In this document: positions 1 to 9,719 of the stretch, piece after piece
How the letters are laid out: each line of letters opens with the position of its first letter
Position numbering within the stretch: position 1 is the stretch's first letter
Assembly (NCBI GenBank): GCA_002269645.1
Contig: NIVC01004712.1
Span: 1-37,306 of the forward strand
Direction of reading: 5' to 3'
DNA length: 37,306 nucleotides
Source: Macrostomum lignano
Lineage: Eukaryota
Position numbers and translations under genes: made by a program
Notes under the pieces: model-generated
Told to the model about the DNA's origin: nothing
What the model saw: only the letters and a program-made list of their open reading frames with translations
Databases searched by the model: none

Positions 1-2
1 AT

Positions 3-383
3 TTCAAACTTTATGCCAATATCTCTAGCGCTGCTTCGCCCCATTAAACCGGACTCATCAGCTTCCATTTCAGACTCCCTTTCGCTCATTGCATCGAAGA
101 ACAGTGACTCAGAGTTGGCCAGCAGCTCATTCATGCGCTCAACCAGTTCCTCCACTCTAGCAAAGCGTCCGGGTTGAAGAACCAGGGCCTCATGCTCTCT
201 TCCATCTGAGACAGTGAAGCAGTAAGGCTCGTCAACATTGAACCATGCAGCAGGCAGATGGATTTCAGCCAGACCTGCCTCATAGTCCACATTTCGATCC
301 AAGTAAATAGGTGAAGGCAGGTGAAAATGAAAGTCACTAGGAGTACCTTCAGCATTTTCGCTACAAATGATGATGCTTCTCAT
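3..383 (-). CDS. Polinton/Maverick (adintovirus-like) minor capsid/penton protein, N-terminal part, open at the window edge
   Basis: Not in the ORF track because it has no stop in the window. Manual translation from ATG at 383: MRSIIICSENAEGTPSDFHFHLPSPIYLDRNVDYEAGLAEIHLPAAWFNVDEPYCF... This matches the Polinton minor-capsid N-terminal pattern (N/T-x-S-x-F...LP-x-PI-x-L...[WY]EVGL-x-EI-x-x-P-x-x-W-x-N). It starts about 30 nt after the integrase stop. Confidence 0.7.
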   Translation of the reverse strand, partial: MRSIIICSENAEGTPSDFHFHLPSPIYLDRNVDYEAGLAEIHLPAAWFNVDEPYCFTVSDGREHEALVLQPGRFARVEELVERMNELLANSESLFFDAMSERESEMEADESGLMGRSSARDIGIKFE

Positions 384-413
384 AGTTGGGAATGGCTGCA
401 CAATGTCGGTATC

Positions 414-1477
414 TTACACTTTTCTTAAGTCCTTCTCATCCACCCAGTCAGTGGACTTGTAGCCGGCCCACTTGACGAGATATCGATCTTACCCTTCCGC
501 TTCTCAGTCTCAGAACCTTCTCGATTACATACAGCCGCTGCGAGTCCGGAACAGCTTGCAGCTCATGCTCGTGGAAGAGGCCTCTTATGTCTTCCCCTTC
601 ATGTCTCGAATCCTGTACATGTAGGGATAATGCTTTGGTGCCCTAAACACTATGGTGTACACCTCCTCGCTCCAGTTCGCCTTGTATCCCTTCCTGAAGA
701 GTCTGGGTGCATTGGAAATCCGCACTGATTGGTTTTCACAGAACTTCGGTTTTCTCAGTTTCTCAACTGTCTCAATCGCTTTCCCATCATAAAGGTTCAT
801 CCACACTTCAGTCTCGTTTGCTTTGCTGACATTCATTAGTGTAGTCTTGCTGCTTCTGTGGAAAGTATGTTATAGGACTTGACCAGTTTAGGCAGCACAT
901 CAAGCCATTGTAGAGTGCTGTTGTGAGTAAAGTAACGCCACATCTTGCTTTTTAAAGTTCGATTCCATCTTTCAATTATGGCTGCTTTGTGCTCACTGCT
1001 AGTTGGAAACGCCAGAATCCCCCGGTCTATGCAGAACTGCGCGAAAAATTGCGTTGACAAACTCTTTTCCCTGATCTGTGCGGACAGTGCGCGGCTGCCG
1101 CTTTGAGCTCTTCAGCATGCTCTCAAACGCAGATTTCACTTCTGCCGCGCTCTTAGACTTCAGTGCTCGGGCCATTGCAAATTTAGACAAAACATCAATG
1201 CAGCGTGAGAATGTATTTATGCCCGCGATTATACTTTGCAAACGGAATCATTTCCACCAGATCCATCTCCCACTGATCATCAATGGCCCTCACTATTATT
1301 GGCGCCCTTGGAAATCGTACTCTAGCTGGCTTATGCAGAGTGTGTACTGGCTGCTGACTTAGCCACTGCTCAATGCTCTTGACTCCAATATGCTCGCCTT
1401 TTTCGCAGTTCATGTTGCAGTTTTGAAGAACTGCAATAGCTCGCAGGCTGATTTGGATTGAAATAAATTTTTTCCAT
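414..1477 (-). pseudogene. Polinton/Maverick retroviral-like integrase (rve DDE core plus C-terminal chromodomain), frameshifted
   Basis: Stitched across about 6 frame changes: MEKIYFNPNQPASY / WLSQQPVHTLHKPARVRFPR / QWEMDLVEM (D1) / IDVLSKFA / RTDQGKEF (D2) / AAIIERWNRTLK (E) / FRKGYKANWSEEVY / GLFHEHELQAV / YVIEKVL / YLVKWAGYKSTDWVDEKDLRKV* (chromodomain; stop at 414-416). Confidence 0.9.
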
Positions 1478-1672
1478 TTTCAGAAACAAAGAAACATTTT
1501 TTTTTAGGTTTTCTTAAGACATTGAAATGTATAGCGCATGTGAAAGCAAGCATATATTTTTTATTTCAAACAAAGAGATGGAAAGCAGCAGGTCTGGATA
1601 AAAAGCTCGTAGCACAGAGTTTGTCTCAATGTCAGAGGGTCTGCAATCAGTCGAAGCACGGCCTGGGCAGCT

Positions 1673-2410
1673 TCATGGCATCCAATCTGCGCAGAGCGAA
1701 CGGCGGCTGCTTGCGTTTCCTGGCGTTCTCAGCGGCGGCTGCTTGAGCTCGGAATTGGTACCAGACTGGGTCCTCTTGCAGATCAGTGTCCTGCCGAGGA
1801 ATCGCTCAGCTGCTGGCTTGGTCAGTTGCAGAGGCGTTGAAGTGGCAAACGCTGTGTCGATTTGCAGATTGGATGGCATGCCAGCCTCGCCAGCAGCAGC
1901 AGGAGCATTGTCCTCCGCCTTCACTACCGGCTTGGTCTCTTCCGCGTTTTCGCCAGCATCGTCTTCATTTTCGATGCTGTTGGAGGAAGATCCCGACTCC
2001 AGCTCGTATGCATCGGAAATCTCACGTGGAGCCGATAGCTGCTCGTCGATCCAATCCGCGTACTGCCACAGCTTTCGCCACAGCGGCGGTGTCAGCGGCA
2101 CGGTGTTCCGCTTAAGAAACTCGTCGCAGCAGTCCTCCGGCAATCGCTTTAACCAGATAATGCCGTTTTTCACTTCGATGAACTTATCGAAGCCGAGTTT
2201 GACAACCTTTGGCTGTTTGTCCAAGGCCGCCTTGACAAGCGATCGCTTCAACTCCTTGAGCTTCTCCCACTGACGGATGTTCAAATTGAAGCCGGGGACT
2301 CCAGGTTTCAAACTCGCAGTGCTGCCATGTCGGTAAAATTTTCTGATAGCAATGAACATAACTCCTTCATACTCCTGTATTTGGAGTTTATATCCTTCGC
2401 CGATGTCCAT
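1673..2410 (-). CDS. PC4/Sub1-like ssDNA-binding protein with two tandem PC4-like domains and an acidic, disordered tail; probably Polinton-encoded
   Basis: MDIGEGYKLQIQEYEGVMFIAIRKFYRHGSTASLKPGVPGFNLNIRQWEKLKE fits the PC4 pattern (IDIREY...KPG.KGI.L...QW..LKE). A second degenerate copy follows (KLGFDKFIEVKNGIIWLKR...VPLTPPLWRKLWQYADWIDEQL). It is co-oriented with the integrase and penton. Confidence 0.75.
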   Translation of the reverse strand: MDIGEGYKLQIQEYEGVMFIAIRKFYRHGSTASLKPGVPGFNLNIRQWEKLKELKRSLVKAALDKQPKVVKLGFDKFIEVKNGIIWLKRLPEDCCDEFLKRNTVPLTPPLWRKLWQYADWIDEQLSAPREISDAYELESGSSSNSIENEDDAGENAEETKPVVKAEDNAPAAAGEAGMPSNLQIDTAFATSTPLQLTKPAAERFLGRTLICKRTQSGTNSELKQPPLRTPGNASSRRSLCADWMP

Positions 2411-3170
2411 GACTTAAAATCTAACAGAATAAACTATCTCGTCGAAAAAAAAAATCGTTTTTTCATGAATCAAAGAGATTTTTTGGTCCTTATATAGACT
2501 AAACCACTGCAGCAGACATACAGCAATAGAAAAACATAGGCCTATGTTCTCTCACTAAGGCCCCATGGAATTTCCATGGCTTTCCCTGCGGCAGAGTCCA
2601 CCAATGCATTTACATAGGCGCTATGTTTACACACTACAGGCCCGTGGTTTTCCCACGGAAATTCCTGCGGCAGAGTCCACATTTCCCCTACTACTCCCCA
2701 TCACCGGCGGTGAGGCAATTCTGCACATTCCGCTGACTCTTGAACACATACTCGTACAAGCGCGCTAATGCTGTACGCAGGCACGCACTCATGCAGGATG
2801 TACAGCGGTCCCGAATTGCCAATAGTCACACTTTAAGCCTCGGGGGGTCGGCTCTCATGGCTGTGAATCGCACGACAATCCTTAAAGCTAATTTTTGCGC
2901 ACAAGCCTCAAATTAATGTGGCTGCGCACAGAAGCGAACCAGGAGTCTGTGGGGCAGTGTACATCTGCCTCCTCTCTCTCTCTCGCTCACTTAGTCCGGC
3001 GCTATCACTGCCCCGTACAAGTACGCACAGCCAACCATTCACTTCAATAATTGATTTATTACGCAATTAGTCATAGCCAAATATATAAGTCGGCCCTGCT
3101 AAGTGCAAGCGGCCCTTTGAGTTATTTTTTATGCCTGCCTAGCACCATATCGCGGCATTGGCTTTTCTAC

Positions 3171-3770
3171 AGGGGCCCGTGCTATAGAATACTCTTAACT
3201 CCTAAATCCTTAAGAGTGTCCTAACTCCTAGCTGGCTTTTCTGTGCTATAGAATCAAGAGTAAATTTTAAGAGCTAGGAGGCTCCTTAAGGACGTTAGGA
3301 GACTCCTGGGTGAGTTTAGGAGAACTCATTAAGGTCCGTGGCATGCTATAGAATTAGGAGAGGAAGTCTAGGAGCTAGGAGCTAGGAGCTGGCTTTTAGG
3401 AGTCATTCTAGGAGCGCGTGTCCTATAGAATGAGAAAATTTCGCTCCTAACTCAATTGACTCCTAAGCAAGAGTTCAAGGGCCAATTTTCACTCTTAGAC
3501 AAGCTAGTATTATAATGTTTTCGGACAGCGAATCGGATTCTGATGAGGAAGGAGTCGATGATAGACGCCGTCGACAATTTAAGGCAAGAATAAATTTTTT
3601 TGAAGAAGATCCAGCCGAGAGTGCTATGCGTTTTAGACTTAACGAGATCCAGCTTTCAAGCCTAATAGATAGAATTCGACACAGAATCGAACATCCAACA
3701 CGGTGCAACTTTGCTCTGAGCGCCGAACAGCAGGTAAGACTTTCCATCCGCTTTCTCGCCGGGTCGTGGT
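3171..3770 (+). mobile_element. 5' fragment of a PIF/Harbinger transposon (terminus plus truncated HARBI1-like transposase N-terminus)
   Basis: Starts AGGGGCCCGTGCTATAGAAT, with four copies of CTATAGAAT (about 3182, 3246, 3346, 3423). ORF 3515 reads MRFRLNEIQLSSLIDRIRHRIEHPTRCNFALSAEQQVRLSIRFLAG, matching the Harbinger HTH region (FRL...L...I...L...T.RN.ALS.EQQ....LRF.A.G). Similarity ends abruptly near 3770. Confidence 0.7.
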
Positions 3771-4064
3771 CGGAAACCAGATGCGTTTATTTTACCACTG
3801 AGCCGCTCTGCCTTGACCACCCTGATCACGCGACTGCAGGTCTCATCCCTCTTATCCATAGGTAGGAGACTCGTACATAGACGCATTGACCAATTGGAAG
3901 AACCTCCGAGAAGTCAACTGCGACACCTGACCCAATGCCGCTCCCCTAGGACAGATTGTTTCTTTAATAGTGGGATACTGATTGATTTAGTGAGAACGAA
4001 AGAGTTACAGATGAAATACGATTGAGCTGGATCTCAATTGGCGCGCAGATGTCGCCATCAGAGT

Positions 4065-4594
4065 GGAGTAACACACTGGACAATCACATTGGAGTAACAC
4101 ACTGGACAATCACATTGGAGTAACACACTGGACAATCACATTGGAGTAACACACTGGACAATCACATTGGAGTAACACACTGGACAATCACATTGGAGTA
4201 ACACACTGGACAATCACATTGGAGTAACACACTGGACAATCACATTGGAGTAACACACTGGACAATCACATTGGAGTAACACACTGGACAATCACATTGG
4301 AGTAACACACTGGACAATCACATTGGAGTAACACACTGGACAATCACATTGGAGTAACACACTGGACAATCACATTGGAGTAACACACTGGACAATCACA
4401 TTGGAGTAACACACTGGACAATCACATTGGAGTAACACACTGGACAATCACATTGGAGTAACACACTGGACAATCACATTGGAGTAACACACTGGACAAT
4501 CACATTGGAGTAACACACTGGACAATCACATTGGAGTAACACACTGGACAATCACATTGGAGTAACACACTGGACAATCACATTGGAGTAACAC
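4065..4594. repeat. 26-bp minisatellite (GGAGTAACACACTGGACAATCACATT), about 20 copies
   Basis: Head-to-tail copies with no variant seen by eye and no spacers. Confidence 0.97.
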
Positions 4595-5124
4595 GAGGAG
4601 AATGTGAAGCGTATTATTTATCATGGCTAGTCTGGCTAGTTAAATGGAACCTCGAGCGTGCGTGTCCTCCTGGCACTGTGGTTAAAATCAGATGCTAAGC
4701 CCGTAGGAACTCAGAAGCCGGTCCTGACGAATTTCACTAATCTGAACTCGAATCTCACTTTTGGGAGACGCCTAGAAGCTTACAGTCGAGAAATCCGCTG
4801 GACTGCTGTGTTAAAATGGCATACGCTAGTAGATCCAGCAATGACGTCAGCTGCTTTCCCATAGCTTTACATTGGATAACAAGCAATCGAACCCCAAACT
4901 TCCCTGCGTCTCCATGAGCAGTAGAGGTCGGACGAGATGTCGAAAATATTCTGTTTCGATCATGATCTCGGGGATTGCGAATGTTTCAAATCGTGAATTA
5001 CAAAAGCAACTTGACTGCAATATCGGCTTAGTTGCTGAACCAACATGAAAAATGTCTTCACTCGCACAACTTCAAAAAAGCAGACACATATTCGTAGAAA
5101 TCGATGCAAATTTCAGGGAGCACC

Positions 5125-5442
5125 AGAATTTCCCGCAGGAAGTTTTCCCGCCGAGGTTTTCCCGCAGCGAGGTTTTCCCGCAGCGAGGTTTTCCCACAGC
5201 GAGGTTTTCCCGCAGCGAGGTTTTCCCGCAGGGTTTTTACAGTCGGAATTTCAAGTCAAATCCGGTCTATAGACAATGCTGGACTAGATTAGAACTAGCC
5301 TAGACTAGACTAGACTAGACATAAACTAGACTAGATTTCAAATCGAATCCAATCGGATTTGACTTGAAACTTCGACAGGAAAACCCGGTGAGAAAATCTC
5401 GGCGGGAAAAGCTTGCGCGGGCAAACCTTGGCGGGAAATTCT
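5125..5442. mobile_element. Palindromic MITE-like element with internal 16-bp repeats
   Basis: AGAATTTCCCGC (5125) pairs with GCGGGAAATTCT (ends 5442). Inner IR TTTCAAGTCAAATCCG / CGGATTTGACTTGAAA. About 5 copies of GCAGCGAGGTTTTCCC in the left arm and a (CTAGA)n centre. No TSD found. Confidence 0.45.
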
Positions 5443-5568
5443 CATAGACATCAAGCATCAAGATTGATGATCTAAAAACTGAAAAACCTCACGAAGAAGC
5501 CCACCGACTATCCTACCCTGAGCTCCCCTGCACAGCAGAGTCTCTAGAAGCCGCCCACCTCAACTCAC

Positions 5569-5786
5569 CCAGACGGCAGCAGCAGCAGGCCAGTGAGCAC
5601 ATTCGGCATCTCCAGCGAGCTGAACAGGATCAACTCGTCGTTGCGGCTGCCAGGCCTTCAGAAGTTGAAGGCCTTCTGGGCGCCAGGCGAGCCGTCCAGA
5701 GCAATGAGGACGCGGCGCTCGCTGGCTGGAACGCCGCCCTCCAGCATTCGCTCTGGCGCGCTAGCGCTGCTCAGGTAGCTGCCCAT
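5569..5786 (-). pseudogene. First coding exon of a universal stress protein (USP/UspA-domain) gene with an in-frame TGA; later exons not found
   Basis: MGSYLSSASAPERMLEGGVPASERRVLIALDGSPGAQKAFNF*RPGSRNDELILFSSLEMP..., followed by a GTGAGT donor (5568-5563). RRVLIALDGS...AF...DELIL matches USP beta1-alpha1-beta2. TGA is codon 43 (5660-5658). Confidence 0.6.
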
Positions 5787-6419
5787 GGCTCAGAGACTAA
5801 TCTGGCTGGCTGACTTGCAGCTGGAATGAGGTGATGATAATACTGTTAGTAATGCGTGCGCTTATTAAGACAGAGGACAGATTCTGCAGAGTTAAAAACA
5901 AGTTTTTTGTGTGAGATATGCTGAATCAATCATCACTTATAGTTTTTAACTGTTTTTTTTACCCAAATAAGACTCATTGCCAAGCTTTTTTAAAGAATTG
6001 AAAGACTATAACCTAAATTAGTGACTAATTTAACCATCAGCACTAATTCAATGATTAGTGGGCTTAACAGGCTCTATAAATTTATATGAAGGGCAAGCAA
6101 TTTGAAATGGACAACCAGTGTCAGCCTAGCTTGATGAAAAATACAGCAGCAGTTCAATGCTTCAATGATTGGCTACTAGCAAACAACTTGCAACTGGATT
6201 TCAGAATGGTGCCTGTGCATTGTGCAAGAGATAGCAAAATTCTTCACTGTTTTTATGCATTGTTAAAAACAAATAAAAACTATTATTTGACAAATACTAT
6301 GTTGGGGCTCTGTAGATAGCATCAGCTATGATCACGATATCCAGACTGTCCAAAGCTCGCAAAATGTCATTCATTAGGATTTGAACTCTTAACAGTGGAG
6401 CCTGCAAATTTCACAACAC

Positions 6420-7660
6420 CAAGTAAACTTTATAGGCTTAGGCATTAGTACCAAGCCATCTAGGAGCTAAAATTTCATCAGAAACATGGTCATCTTGTTT
6501 TGCTAATTGTGAGAACTATTCTAAGAAATGTGGATTTGAAGTGCAATTGAGTCACTTTGGTTCCAAGCATGAAGTGATCATTTATCAAGGAGTATACTAT
6601 CACCTAAGTCAAAATCTTGTTGCTTTTCAAAATTGTAAGCAGACAATTGCAAGACTAGCAACCCAATAGGAGTGCATCTTTTGCCTGTCCTAAAGTATTT
6701 CTAGGATAGATTTTTTTAAATTACCAAGATTACTATAATCTTAGACTCTTCTATCAGCCAGTAGAAGAAATTGGTTTAATCTGTATGCTTTTGATTGTCT
6801 GCCACAAAAAATGAGTGCATTATTTGTAGTAGCTTTTTACCAAAATGGGCCATGGCAAATGTGCAGTTAATGGAGTAGGAGCTATAATAAAGCAACAATG
6901 CAATAGCATTGTATTGATGGGAGGCACTGTGCAAACCCTAGATGAAGTTATAATACAGTAGCACAACTAGAAATTTGCTGAGAGAAGACACCAATGGATT
7001 CTGGAAGGTAAAGACCCAAGTGCAATAGAAGGGATATAGCTCTGTTATTATATTTTGGCAAACATTTGCTTGGTCCTCCATTTTGTTTTTTCTGCTCTCT
7101 ATCTAAGGGGGTGACTGCTCTTAACTCCCTCTTGGTTGCACCACTGTCATGGTGGCTGCTCATTGTGAACTAGATTTGAAAGTCATTTTATTCATTGTTA
7201 CAACAGAAGACATTGACCTTCAAAAAGGTGTACTTCAAATAGTTGATCTAAATGAAATGCAAGGAATTGCAAATTGCCATGATGTCTGCTAAACACAAAG
7301 AGAAATTGTATATAGTTGGCCTACCTATATATGCTCTCACTTAGCACCAGAGTGTCATTGCTATAACAGACAAAAAGTTGCAAGAAAATCTGGAACCTAA
7401 TCTAGAACCTATTTCAAATCTTGGCACAGCTGCAGGAGTGAGTCAGAATAGTATACCAACTACCAAGAAATATATAGTTGTCAATTGATGGCTCAAGCTG
7501 CAATTCTATTCCTTGTTATAGATATCAATATCAATATCAAAGTGACAATAAGTTTGAACAGAATGTCAAAATGTCTATGGCCACAATCTGTCAAGCTTCA
7601 ATAGATGCAGTATGATGGCTACCATAAATGGCAGCATTGACAATATGCTAGTATCAAGAT
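6420..7660 (+). pseudogene. Heavily decayed DDE-like DNA transposase (animal family with DF[SA]ENY...SDG...HGKG..DG motifs; superfamily not assigned)
   Basis: Manual translation: LYRLRH*YQAI*ELK / NCENYSKKCGFEVQLSHFGSKHEVIIYQGVYY / DSSISQ*K-NWFNLY / FYQNGHGKCAVNGVGAIIKQQ / [MITE] / LFIVTTEDID...MQGIANCHDV...ICSHLAPECHC / LWPQ. These motifs occur in the expected order, with many stops and frameshifts. Confidence 0.5.
6956..7146. mobile_element. 191-bp hAT-like MITE nested in the decayed transposase
   Basis: Left end CAGTAGCACAACTA and right-end reverse complement CAGTGGTGCAACCA are both transition-decayed forms of CAGTGGCGCAACCA. The 8-bp flanks TTATAATA / TCATGGTG differ only by transitions, consistent with a decayed TSD. 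Confidence 0.55.
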
Positions 7661-8097
7661 ATACTGTGACATTGTAGAAAATGCATTCTATATATAAATT
7701 CTATACTATTCTAGACTATTCTACTATTCTATACTATTTAATTAAGCAGGTTTATTGGATATTAAATTTAGTAACTATAAATGCCTTTATTCATAACAAA
7801 ATTAAACTTAAAAGCAAAGAAAATTTTTTACTTTAAGTATAAAACTAACAAAAATAGATATTTCTAGAAATTAAATATTATAGTTTTATAAGTTAAATAA
7901 GCAAAATATTTATCTTTGGTATTAATCATTGTCAGAATGCCTTTAAAAATGAATAGCACTCTTTAGTGTCTTAGTAAGACTTAGTGTAATTTTTGGTTTT
8001 AAGTACAAAAATTATTATATTAGGCCTAATGTTTGAGGTAAAACATTTTTATGGCTCTGAACTTTTTTAATTTCTTTATTTTTGTATTTGAGATTTA

Positions 8098-8285
8098 CAA
8101 TAATGCAACTAGAAATTTGTTAAGGGAAAAGGCAGATTCTAGAGATTAAAAACATATATGGGGAAGAGATAATAGAGGAAGTGGCTCTGTATTTTAGCAA
8201 AAATTTACTTGAACCCCTCTTTGATTATTTCTAGTCCCTACCTAAGGGGGGCAATTGACCCATTGCCCCCTTGGTAGCACTACTA
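8098..8285. mobile_element. Second diverged copy of the same ~190-bp hAT-like MITE
   Basis: Shares the CAACTAGAAATTTG start and the AAGGGGG...CCC.CTTGGT.GCAC.ACT end with 6956-7146. No TSD recognisable. Confidence 0.45.
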
Positions 8286-9379
8286 TTTAATTAGGCACTC
8301 TATTTTGCATTAGGCCTAGTATGCTAATAAACTATAGTTTTGTTAATAATAAAACTTTTATACATAAGAGAAGTGTTAAAATAAATATATAAATTTTAAG
8401 TTTCATAAATATCTAGGCTTATTATATCATTACTTTGGCAGTTTATAATCCTATTTCCATAAGATTTAGTGCATGACAGAGTTTTCTGGCATGCATTTGA
8501 AAATGTCAGCATGCATAGCATGCATTTCAAAATATTAGTGTACCACTGAAAGAAAGTGTAGTTGTGAGCATGTACAAATAGCATGCAATGTGCATTAAGG
8601 CATATCAGTGTAAGGCATATAAGAGATAGATGTTTAAAGTCATTTGTTGCAGAAAGTTTTTACAATTCAAAGCTAAATTATAAGTGGTTTTTCTGACAGT
8701 ATTAACTAGGATAAATGTAAATAATTGAAAAGATATCAATAGTTTATTAGCAGGAACATGTACAATAACACAACAACAAAAACAAAATAAATTGTTAGTC
8801 AGTCAGCAGTCCATATATACATATAGGTTGTATCATTAGTTTAGTTTTAATTGAAACTTACATTGTAAAAATGCAAACTACGAAAAATGTTCTTTATTGT
8901 TGCAATTGCAAAAAAGGTCCTTTATTGTCACAACTGCAATTAGTGTCAGCGTTCATTGATTCAAAGCATTCTGGCATTCACTTAGCATGATCTAGACTAT
9001 GGGTTATAATTGCAAGTGACAAACTTGTAATGCAAAAAATAAAAGACTATTCAGTTAAAAAATAAAGATATGTGTCATTAATATAACTGATAGTGATATA
9101 TTTGATATATATGGCCTTGTGGTAATAAATTGGCATAAACCCTAAAAAGATTAAAGTTTTTATATTATGAATAATTTGTTTCAAATCTATTATTGTATCT
9201 ATATATAAATATGATTGATTAAACCAAAATAATGCATGATAATAAGGCAATCCTTTGGATTCCCGCTCTAAATTATTTTTTGAATCTGTTTTTGACCTTT
9301 TCAGCTACTGACTGAATGGCTAGCCGACTTAGAGCGCTACTATCTATCGTGCTTGCTGCCAAAGTTGTCAACAGCATCT

Positions 9380-9560
9380 TGCTGTGTGACATTGAAGTCA
9401 CCCACCAAGAATTAGTTGCACTAGTACCAGACGTTGACGAAGCCATGCAATGGATGGCAAGACACCACCTGCTCGCTAATAGCAAAATGTGTGACACATG
9501 CAATGTTGCCATGGCACTCCAGCGCCATGCTGGCATGGCATGAATTCATGTGGCACCAAG
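9380..9560 (+). pseudogene. Merlin/ISXO2(IS1595)-like transposase N-terminal zinc-ribbon fragment
   Basis: EAMQWMARHHLLANSKMCDTCNVAMALQRHAG, then FMWH after a frameshift. This resembles the Merlin pattern A..W.....LLAN...C..C...M......DG(F/Y).WRC. Confidence 0.4.
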
Positions 9561-9719
9561 CTTTTCCTGAATGGCAATTTGGCAATATCCTCTACTAGAT
9601 TATACACTACTACCCTATGTAGTAACTTGAACTTATTTAACCTTTATAACTCATTTTTGTTGCCTTGGGAGTCTAAAAAGTTCAAAAACAGGGTCAAAAT
9701 AATAAACTCGGAATCTAGA

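Larger units (their letters stand above)
1..2983 (-). mobile_element. Terminal portion of a Polinton/Maverick endogenous virus-like element
   Basis: Co-linear PC4-like, chromo-integrase and penton ORFs. The right boundary is tentative, placed at a (CT)6 run (2972-2983) after a non-coding region with hairpins and direct repeats. Confidence 0.7.

Noticed and set aside
1522-2273. Plus-strand ORFs overlapping the PC4 gene
   Set aside because: These are antisense shadows of the GC-rich minus-strand coding sequence.
4065-4594. CRISPR-like appearance of the 26-bp array (also the 36-bp and 42-bp arrays)
   Set aside because: Units are head-to-tail with no unique spacers, no cas genes are present, and the context is eukaryotic.
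6086-6319. Resemblance of the 77-aa ORF (AVQCFNDWL...ILHCFYALLK...NTMLGL) to Crypton/DUF3504 core-binding domains
   Set aside because: The similarity is short, no tyrosine-recombinase catalytic motifs follow, and the downstream sequence belongs to a different transposase.
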